Below are positions 9,645 through 16,252 of a stretch of DNA of 64,000 nt, piece after piece. Each line of letters starts with the position of its first letter. Within the stretch, counting starts at the first letter, position 1. The DNA is from a virus. The notes beneath the pieces are model-generated. The model worked only from the letters and a program-made list of their open reading frames with translations. It was not told where the DNA came from and searched no databases. The stretch is from IMG/VR virus record IMGVR_UViG_3300045988_061891. One strand, 5' to 3'. Made by a program: the position numbers and the translations under genes.

Positions 9645-10128
9645 TACTGTTTACAATCCGTTTAAGTTTATGAATATATTTAGGGTCTTCTGCATATCCT
9701 ACCCTCTGAAGAAAACTATAGTAGTCTTCAGGAGGTTTATATCTCTTTTGCACCCACTCCTTATATGCTATAACACTCTTTGTCCAGTGGTCAAATCTAT
9801 GGTACCTATTAGTCCTACTATTGTATAGACCAAACAGATTATTATGTCTCAAACATCCTACTGATGTAAAGTGTCCTGTCTCAAGCAGTGCCTGAGCATA
9901 CACTATATCAGGGTGAGTGACATCATAATATTTAAGGGCATCTGCTAAGCCCTCTTTCATAGGTTTGTCCATAAATACTGGGACAGGGGTTATAGTGTCA
10001 GGAGGTGAAGTAACATCATGATTGGGTGGTCCAGCTTTATCTTCAAATTGGTGTATGAAGATAATACCAGCTGTACATATCCCAATCATCAATGCTACTT
10101 TGATGAAGTTTTTGATTCTTTCTGTCAT
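9601..10128 (-). CDS. membrane-anchored N-acetylglucosaminidase (FlgJ/LytD-type glucosaminidase domain)
   Basis: N-terminal TM segment ALMIGICTAGIIFI, then AQALLETGHFTS...NNLFGL, characteristic of the glucosaminidase family. Confidence 0.6.
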   Translation of the reverse strand: MTERIKNFIKVALMIGICTAGIIFIHQFEDKAGPPNHDVTSPPDTITPVPVFMDKPMKEGLADALKYYDVTHPDIVYAQALLETGHFTSVGCLRHNNLFGLYNSRTNRYHRFDHWTKSVIAYKEWVQKRYKPPEDYYSFLQRVGYAEDPKYIHKLKRIVNSNDKRRSLEGSKGNS

Positions 10129-11282
10129 CTTAGTTGTTTGATGTTTGATTCAATACTATCATTGTAGTAGACATGGTCTGGTACATAGTGTAGATTATCC
10201 ACAAGAGTATCAAGAATTTTCTCTTTCCCATGGATATTGTAATGAGGGGAGCCTGAGTTGTCAAGGTAATCCCAGCTATATATGCTATACTCCTCATTAT
10301 CTATGATATGAGTCATATCCATATGTGTAACAACTAAGTTAAGAGATATATTGTACTTCTTCACATAGTTGTCTATACAGTGCCTTTCATAGGCTCTGTT
10401 AAGGAGACCCATCTCAAGGATACCTGTCTTGAAGTTTCCCTGAAACTCATTGTCTATGTTAGACTCATATTTATCAGTCAGTTTATTAGGCTCTCTGAGC
10501 CTGTGTTTAGGTTCATAGCCATTACCATGTCTGGTAGTGTAAGTCCTAGTGACAAGGTACACCTCTGCATCCTTAAGGACAGAACTTCTGAGACCATTAA
10601 GTCCCACTCTTGAAGGAGTTACATTGGGGTATAGTCCACAGTCCATGTCAAGAAGCAACCCCTGTGTTCCCTCAAATATAAGAACATTATAGTCCTTTAT
10701 TGAGGGCTTATCGGAATATACTTCTGTAAGAATCTCAAGACAGGATTTCTTAAACATATCATCATATTTAGGAATCCTCTCTATCTTGTGATAGTTTGAC
10801 GCGCACTTAAGGATATACTCAGGCTTGTCCAGACTGAAAGAGACTCTTGTCCACTGACCATGTTTATACCTCTCAAATGTAGGATATATACCCTTGCCAC
10901 AAGTTCCATCTGATATTACCTTGCTGTTGTTTCTTCCAGCAAGAACATCATAGGGTGTGATAATTCTATGTACACCACGGAATAGCTTTGGAGACACTCC
11001 TTTACACTGTAGAGTTCTGAACTCATTCATAAGACATATGGGGTCCATATATACCTCTTCTGTATACATAGTAGGTACACCAAGTAATACACCACTTCCA
11101 AAAGAGGAACAGATATGCTCTGTTCCCCCATTGAAAATAGTATGTGCTGCTTGGGGACCACCTGAGAATCTTACCACAAGTGGTTTCTTCCCTTCTTCAA
11201 TAGCCTTTTTGCAAAGCCACTGAACAGTCACCCCTTTTCCTTCATCGCCAAAGGTGTGACCCAACACTATTTTAACTTCCAT
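10125..11282 (-). CDS. adenylosuccinate synthetase family protein (PurA-like; PurZ-like cannot be excluded)
   Basis: N-terminal GHTFGDEGKGVTVQWL P-loop, GGPQAAHTI (GHT-type His) and TRHGNGY. At 385 aa it is shorter than typical bacterial PurA. Confidence 0.65.
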   Translation of the reverse strand: MEVKIVLGHTFGDEGKGVTVQWLCKKAIEEGKKPLVVRFSGGPQAAHTIFNGGTEHICSSFGSGVLLGVPTMYTEEVYMDPICLMNEFRTLQCKGVSPKLFRGVHRIITPYDVLAGRNNSKVISDGTCGKGIYPTFERYKHGQWTRVSFSLDKPEYILKCASNYHKIERIPKYDDMFKKSCLEILTEVYSDKPSIKDYNVLIFEGTQGLLLDMDCGLYPNVTPSRVGLNGLRSSVLKDAEVYLVTRTYTTRHGNGYEPKHRLREPNKLTDKYESNIDNEFQGNFKTGILEMGLLNRAYERHCIDNYVKKYNISLNLVVTHMDMTHIIDNEEYSIYSWDYLDNSGSPHYNIHGKEKILDTLVDNLHYVPDHVYYNDSIESNIKQLR

Positions 11283-11355
11283 TTATTATATCTTGAGTTC
11301 TTGAGGAGCCAAATCCCCAAGCAACTCAAGATAACACCTATAAACCAAACTATAA

Positions 11356-12144
11356 TCATTTTGTAATATTCTTAAACAGTGTAGGTACCTGACCATAGAC
11401 TGGAAGCTTACCATCCCACTTCTCAATCCACATTTTCTCAAGAATCTGAGGAGTAAGAGCCTGTTGTTTCAGTCTGTTAGCTTCTGCTTCTGCCTGTGCT
11501 GCCACAATAAGAGACTTGGCTTTTGCCTCTGCAACTTTTACTTCATTCTCAGCTGCTTGAGCCTGTTGAATCTTCTCATTTTTAGCATTTACAGCCTTTA
11601 CAATAGTCGCAGGGTATTTGAGACCAGAAGTAAGTTGTTCAAGCTGGAAGTTTTCTCTTAACAAAGCTGTAGTTAGATACTTCTCAATAGCATTCTCAAT
11701 AGAGTCCCTATTACTTACAATGTAGTCAGTAGTAAAGTTGTTGAGCTGGATTCTGAAGGCATCTTTCACATAGTTATAGAGGGTTCCATGGACTATTTCA
11801 TCCAGTTTCTTCCTGTACTTCTTGAATACAAGAGGAGACTTACCGTCTATAATCTTCAGTGATACGGTAGGGTCAACAGTGAACTCAGAACCATCTTTTG
11901 CATTAATGGTGAAGGGTTCGTAGTCAACAGTCTGCACAAAGGTAGGATACTCGTACACTGACTGGGTGAATGGGTTGTACCATACCATGCCAGTACACAT
12001 AGATACATCACCTACACCCTTGTCATCACCATAGAGATTAACAAGAATACCTTCGTGTCCTGCATCTATTTTCTCGCAAGAACTCATACCTACTATAGCC
12101 ATACAGGCTACAAACATTACAAGAATTTTTTTAATTGTTCTCAT
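11356..12144 (-). CDS. SPFH/band-7 (prohibitin/stomatin-like) lipoprotein
   Basis: Signal peptide with lipobox VGMSSC. SPFH-like core followed by an Ala/Glu-rich coiled coil AQAAENEVKVAEAKAKSLIVAAQAEAEANRLK. Confidence 0.55.
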   Translation of the reverse strand: MRTIKKILVMFVACMAIVGMSSCEKIDAGHEGILVNLYGDDKGVGDVSMCTGMVWYNPFTQSVYEYPTFVQTVDYEPFTINAKDGSEFTVDPTVSLKIIDGKSPLVFKKYRKKLDEIVHGTLYNYVKDAFRIQLNNFTTDYIVSNRDSIENAIEKYLTTALLRENFQLEQLTSGLKYPATIVKAVNAKNEKIQQAQAAENEVKVAEAKAKSLIVAAQAEAEANRLKQQALTPQILEKMWIEKWDGKLPVYGQVPTLFKNITK

Positions 12145-12334
12145 TTGATTTTTTATTAGTTAAACTTATTGATGTGAAACATTTCGTTTTGATGGACAGC
12201 AGAGAGTATAGAACCACTGCGATAATACCAACTATATTGGCGATTGTACTTGGTTTGGTCAACATACTACAAGCCCATGTAAATAGGATTATAGTGACTA
12301 TAAACCATACTGTGATAATTATTATTCTTTTCAT
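12131..12334 (-). CDS. small membrane protein
   Basis: 67 aa with two hydrophobic segments. Confidence 0.5.
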   Translation of the reverse strand: MKRIIIITVWFIVTIILFTWACSMLTKPSTIANIVGIIAVVLYSLLSIKTKCFTSISLTNKKSNENN

Positions 12335-12337
12335 AGC

Positions 12338-12520
12338 TTATATTTCAAATAAGTATTTGTATACTCTTCCTTCATAGTTTGCACCATTCCACTTGTTGTA
12401 CCATAGATACACTCTGTAGTGGTCAATAAGTACTACAACTTCTATCTCCGGTTGGTACCATCTCCACAATGGAAATACAACACAAAAGAAGAGTATAAGT
12501 ATTGAAAGTATTATATTCAT
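12338..12520 (-). CDS. small membrane protein
   Basis: 60 aa with an N-terminal TM segment. Confidence 0.45.
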   Translation of the reverse strand: MNIILSILILFFCVVFPLWRWYQPEIEVVVLIDHYRVYLWYNKWNGANYEGRVYKYLFEI

Positions 12521-12579
12521 AACTATGTATGTTAAGAAGAGGGGTTAAGCAGAAATTCTCTCACTTGACCCATCATAGC

Positions 12580-12993
12580 TTAATCATCAAGGATTTCATA
12601 GCTGTAAGATACAGCATGAAAGTCATGTGCTAATAGGTCAAAGTGCTTCTTCAACCTCTCATGTACTGACATAGTGTCCCAAACTCTCTCTATCACATCT
12701 CCATCCTTGTTTCTTTTTGTAGGCCTAGAGAGTTTGACAGAGGTAGGAGTTGAAAGCATATACTCATATGCTTCTTCACAGATGTTGAGTTTCTGAATGG
12801 CCAACTTCTGCTTTCTGGTACGGATAACCAGAGATTTCTCTCTCTCCTTCTGATGTTTACCTTTTCCTTTGGTGAATCTGATAAGCATCTTGTCCTCATT
12901 GTAGTTCTCTTTGGGTTTTTTATCACACTCCTGCGAGCTGAGCATATTTGCACCTGGTACAAAAAAGCTCAGACTTACTTTTAATTCTGTCAT
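12580..12993 (-). CDS. hypothetical basic protein
   Basis: 137-aa ORF immediately downstream of the RNA cluster. Confidence 0.55.
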   Translation of the reverse strand: MTELKVSLSFFVPGANMLSSQECDKKPKENYNEDKMLIRFTKGKGKHQKEREKSLVIRTRKQKLAIQKLNICEEAYEYMLSTPTSVKLSRPTKRNKDGDVIERVWDTMSVHERLKKHFDLLAHDFHAVSYSYEILDD

Positions 12994-13030
12994 AAAATTA
13001 ATATAAGGTGAATAAATGTTTTCTAAAAAT

Positions 13031-13139
13031 AGCTACTTAAGTGATACATTGACAGTGTATTGCATTAACCACTATGCTAATCATTCATGGCGAATAATAT
13101 AGGATTCGAACCTATGAAGTAATAGTATTGTAAGTAGCT
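13031..13139 (-). tRNA. circularly permuted tRNA-Asp(GUC)-like gene: the 3' half precedes the 5' half, bracketed by a 9-bp helix
   Basis: Minus strand reads AGCTACTTA-CAATACTATTACTTC-[ATAGG TTCGAAT CCTAT]-ATTATTC-G-CCA-T-[GAATGAT TA GCAT AGTGGTTA ATGC A ATACA CTGTCAA TGTAT]-CACT-TAAGTAGCT. The acceptor strands pair 7/7 (one G-U). The outer 9-mers are perfect complements. Confidence 0.6.
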
Positions 13140-13143
13140 GAAG

Positions 13144-13267
13144 TAAGGCAGAGAAGAATCGAACTTCTGTTATAGGGACCCATTTTATTAATATAATATA
13201 GTGTTGTAAGTATCTTTAGATACTATATATTTATTAACCTATGTCCTAACCACTAGACGACTGCCTT
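13144..13267 (-). ncRNA. tRNA-shaped RNA with the anticodon loop replaced by a 61-nt AU-rich hairpin
   Basis: Perfect acceptor AAGGCAG/CTGCCTT, D-arm GTCT AGTGGTTA GGAC, T-arm AGAAG TTCGATT CTTCT and stem ATAGG/CCTAT enclose 13177-13237. That insert contains the ACTTACAA box. Confidence 0.5.
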
Positions 13268-13287
13268 ATGAAATTGGCACTACTTTT

Positions 13288-13362
13288 TATGCACTGATGG
13301 AATTGAACCATCTCTAATTGTACCCAAATTACAATTGTCCTAACCAAGTAGACGAAACGCAG
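13288..13362 (-). tRNA. tRNA-Gln(UUG)
   Basis: Hand-folded cloverleaf: CTGCGTT TC GTCT ACTTGGTTA GGAC .. loop ATTTGGG .. GATGG TTCAATT CCATC AGTGCAT A. Confidence 0.7.
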
Positions 13363-13387
13363 AATTATTATTGTAAGTGCCAAAAAG

Positions 13388-13495
13388 TGGGGAAGGTAGG
13401 AGTCGAACCTACATTGAATAATTTAAAAGATTATTGCTTATTTATATGATATTGTAAGTACCATTAGATACTATGTCCGTTTTAGCTACTTCCCC
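13388..13495 (-). tRNA. tRNA-Lys(UUU)-like gene interrupted by a 34-nt insert between the D-arm and the anticodon arm
   Basis: GGGGAAG TA GCTA AAACGGACA TAGT A [insert 13435-13468] ATAAT CTTTTAA ATTAT TCAAT GTAGG TTCGACT CCTAC CTTCCCC A. The insert folds as ATGGTA-CTTACAA-TATCAT. Confidence 0.55.
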
Positions 13496-13512
13496 TTGTG
13501 TAGTCACTATTT

Positions 13513-13586
13513 ATGTACATGTTAGAATCGAACTAACTACCCTTGAATTACCAGTTCAATGCTCTAACCAAATGAGCTAATGTTAT
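13513..13586 (-). tRNA. tRNA-Thr(GGU), acceptor stem unpaired at 1-3:70-72
   Basis: TA GCTC ATTTGGTTA GAGC A TTGAA CTGGTAA TTCAA GGGTA GTTAG TTCGATT CTAAC. The acceptor ATAACAT/ATGTACA pairs only at positions 4-7. Confidence 0.55.
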
Positions 13587-13650
13587 TAGTATTGTAAGTG
13601 ACTTCATTCCAATTCTTCAATTGGACAATAATTTAACAAGCTTAAATTGC

Positions 13651-13774
13651 GCCTATCATAGGGATTCGAACCCACTTTTTACTGACCTCTTCATCTCATA
13701 CCTACCTAGGTCAGTATGAGATTGCACAGCTTTTGGAATTCTTAATATGTGCACTAATAAGAATTCATGATAGG
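13651..13774 (-). ncRNA. 124-nt tRNA-like RNA (acceptor-type terminal helix plus T-loop, expanded body)
   Basis: CCTATCA...TGATAGG is a perfect 7-bp terminal helix. T-loop GGGTTCGAATCCC. 9-bp hairpin GAATTCTTA/TAAGAATTC. Interleaved complements ATCTCATAC/GTATGAGAT and CTGACCT/AGGTCAG. Confidence 0.4.
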
Positions 13775-13783
13775 CCTTAGTAA

Positions 13784-13810
13784 GTATAGGAGGCATCACT
13801 CCTCCTATAC
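13784..13810 (-). other. 10-bp stem-loop (GTATAGGAGG / CCTCCTATAC) running into a TACTTACTAAGG box
   Basis: Perfect inverted repeat with a 7-nt loop and no U-tract. It lies between the vWA gene and the 124-nt RNA. Confidence 0.5.
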
Positions 13811-13816
13811 CTTTAT

Positions 13817-13876
13817 TGATACTTAATAGCATTGATATTAACTTTTAAATGAGCTATAAAAATGTTGTAAGTATCA
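13817..13876 (-). other. ACTTACAA-box unit: 9-bp bracket helix TGATACTTA / TAAGTATCA enclosing a 42-nt segment
   Basis: Same architecture as the brackets around the tRNAs, but the enclosed sequence has only an ATAGC/GCTAT hairpin. Confidence 0.4.
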
Positions 13877-13891
13877 TTGGCTTTTGAACTA

Positions 13892-15715
13892 TTAAAGCAC
13901 GTTTTCTCTTACTATATCATATCTATTACTCCTAAATAATGATTGTAAAGGAGTATAGACATCCATAATATCCATATCTTTGAAGTTAGTTAAGAACTGT
14001 TCAATCTGCGCTACATTAGCAGGGATATAAATCATGTTCTCAATACCTTCAAATCTGTCGATAGAAGCACTATTGAAACCCCAACCACCATCTACATCAA
14101 TAGCTACAATATATGGCTTAAATCCAAAGTATCTTTGACACTTCATCATAAAGGCATTCATTGAAGCCTCAGGAGACTTTAATGAGTTCCACTCACCATC
14201 GCTGATGATAGTCCATACAGGATAGTTCTTTAGAGCATCAAGTATCTGAGGATTATTCTGACATTCTTTGTGCAAATCATCAGGTATGTTACTGATGTAA
14301 GTACAACCACCTTGGAATACTGCCTTACAGAAGCTCTTGATAGATTGATAGTTCTCATAGAAACTCTTCTTAGGGTCAACAAAAGGAGTTTGCTTGGTTT
14401 TTACTGTTTCACTTCTGATGAAAGAGTTTACAGAGTTATTCTTTCTGTCTATACAAGTATGCCAGTGACTTCTACTATTGAAGAAACCAAGTAAGTTTCT
14501 ACCATCATCATCTGGATTCTTACATAGACATACAGAAGCTAAGAATGTAGCAAAGTTAAAGGGACTACCGCCCATAGAGCCCGAATCATCTATAATCACA
14601 AGACTATTATAAGGAAGATTAACCTTAGTCATGAATGTTTCAAGCTTTAATTTATCTACATTATCACAACAGATGTCATTATATAGCTCTTTGAAGTTAG
14701 TTGCTCCTACAGTAACTTTAGCCTGCTTTGCAACTTTCTTCAACTTGATTTTATCTTCCTCTGTAGCCTGTCCCTGTCTAACCTTTTCTTCTAGAACTCT
14801 TTGTTCAGCTTGCTTAGATTCCTTGTATTTCTCCCATTCAGCAAGCCAAGGCTGGAACTTAGAATATTTAGCTTCTTCAGTATCTTTAATTTTACTGTAA
14901 AGAATTCTGTTCTTAACTCTAAATCTTGCTTGTGAAGGAAGCTTGTCAAACCAATCAATAAATGATTGTTCGTCAAACTCATTGATTTTACCTGTAGAGA
15001 ACAGTACTGACTCGAGGTCACCATTATAATCCTTTCTCCATTTCCTGTAGCCTTTGAAGTTTGCATAGTTTTCGCTTACTTCATACTCCCAACCCATAAG
15101 CTCTGAGAGCATTATGAGTAACTTGACCTTATCTTCCATTACCTTTTTAGTTTCAGGAAGCATCTTTTTATGATTGCTTCTTTTACTTACTCTAGGAAGT
15201 GTCAAGAATTTAGCAACAAGAGTTTTATTGAAAGGATTATTACTGTTGATAACCTTATAGAGGTAGTTTACAATAACCTCTCTGTATTTTGCTTCAGCAA
15301 AGAGATTGTGTATTCTGGTAACTCTAGAACCCTTTGTCTGTACTCTATTTCTAAACAGTAAGTCAAAGCAAGTATATTCATTGAACAAACCTGCTTCAAG
15401 GAACTTCACAAATTGAGTTTGACGTTTCTTCCACATCCACTCAAGGACTACTTGAAAACCTTCTCTATTGGCATTACCACCACTATCCTTCTTAATACCC
15501 TTAAAGATATTATGTTGTCTAGCTGTAATATCACCAATTGAGAAAAGTAAACTAAAGAACATTTGCTTATGCTCCTTATTCCATCGAACTTCTGACCAAC
15601 AAGCATCAAGTAATGCTGTGTCAATCGTGTTGCCTACACTCTGAAAGAGTTTAAGGCAATTCTTTAACCCATAAAAAGGATTATCGTTACTTTTATTTAA
15701 CTTTACCTGTACCAT
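13892..15715 (-). CDS. DUF2828-like helical domain plus von Willebrand factor A (vWA) domain protein
   Basis: 607 aa. MIDAS motif in VIIDDSGSMGG. The N-terminal ~370 aa are helical (NPFYGL...LLDACW...FSIGDITARQ...LEWMW), resembling DUF2828-type proteins (family name recalled, not searched). Confidence 0.65.
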   Translation of the reverse strand: MVQVKLNKSNDNPFYGLKNCLKLFQSVGNTIDTALLDACWSEVRWNKEHKQMFFSLLFSIGDITARQHNIFKGIKKDSGGNANREGFQVVLEWMWKKRQTQFVKFLEAGLFNEYTCFDLLFRNRVQTKGSRVTRIHNLFAEAKYREVIVNYLYKVINSNNPFNKTLVAKFLTLPRVSKRSNHKKMLPETKKVMEDKVKLLIMLSELMGWEYEVSENYANFKGYRKWRKDYNGDLESVLFSTGKINEFDEQSFIDWFDKLPSQARFRVKNRILYSKIKDTEEAKYSKFQPWLAEWEKYKESKQAEQRVLEEKVRQGQATEEDKIKLKKVAKQAKVTVGATNFKELYNDICCDNVDKLKLETFMTKVNLPYNSLVIIDDSGSMGGSPFNFATFLASVCLCKNPDDDGRNLLGFFNSRSHWHTCIDRKNNSVNSFIRSETVKTKQTPFVDPKKSFYENYQSIKSFCKAVFQGGCTYISNIPDDLHKECQNNPQILDALKNYPVWTIISDGEWNSLKSPEASMNAFMMKCQRYFGFKPYIVAIDVDGGWGFNSASIDRFEGIENMIYIPANVAQIEQFLTNFKDMDIMDVYTPLQSLFRSNRYDIVRENVL

Positions 15716-15737
15716 TTGCTAATGTTTTATTTTATTT

Positions 15738-15745
15738 TTGTAAGT
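15738..15745 (-). promoter_or_regulatory. ACTTACAA box about 20 nt upstream of the vWA gene start (candidate promoter element)
   Basis: Minus strand reads CGTTACTTACAAAAATAAAATAAAACATTAGCAAATG. The same 8-mer occurs 6 more times in 13128-13872. Confidence 0.35.
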
Positions 15746-15800
15746 AACGTAGTTAGGATATTCTTTTTATCTTTGAACTATATATGTCTTCCTTATACTA

Positions 15801-16241
15801 CTAGAAAGTTTCAGTTTCACTCATTGCTGAAAGCTCTGCTTCAAGTTCCTTAATCTTATCCTCAGGAGTTTTCTGAGACTCTTTAAGTTCTTTAAGTTTG
15901 GCTATAAGTTCAGCTTTCTTTTGAGCGTTTTCTGCAACTTCCATTTTGTATCTCTTATAACCTATTACTAGGTTTACGAGTTCTTTATACTCTTTAGCAG
16001 TATCTAACTGCTTTGCAGTAGAGCTACTTGCAACCCACTCATCTTGACTTTCAAGTTGTTTAATCCTGTTAGACAAAGCAAGCCTGATACTATTAAGAGA
16101 GTTTATTGTAGTACCATGAAGTAACTCAACTACATTGATAGGTGTGCCAAGCTTAGTATGTACTGTATTGTTATCAAGTAACATAATAAGCAGCAATGAA
16201 CACATCTTATCAAAGTGTTCTTTTGTGAAATTAATTGTCAT
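15801..16241 (-). CDS. hypothetical protein (C-terminal coiled coil)
   Basis: 146-aa ORF. Confidence 0.6.
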   Translation of the reverse strand: MTINFTKEHFDKMCSLLLIMLLDNNTVHTKLGTPINVVELLHGTTINSLNSIRLALSNRIKQLESQDEWVASSSTAKQLDTAKEYKELVNLVIGYKRYKMEVAENAQKKAELIAKLKELKESQKTPEDKIKELEAELSAMSETETF

Positions 16242-16252
16242 AGTTCTTTAAT

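Noticed and set aside
13651-13774. tmRNA.
   Set aside because: It is far too short (124 nt), has no G3:U70 alanine determinant and has no tag reading frame ending in a stop in a sensible position.
13128-13872. The ACTTACAA boxes as remnants of tRNA-Val(UAC) anticodon loops.
   Set aside because: Only one of the seven copies (13452, inside the Lys insert) is flanked by a complementary 5-6 bp stem. One copy lies upstream of a protein gene. The resemblance is kept as a note, not as an annotation.
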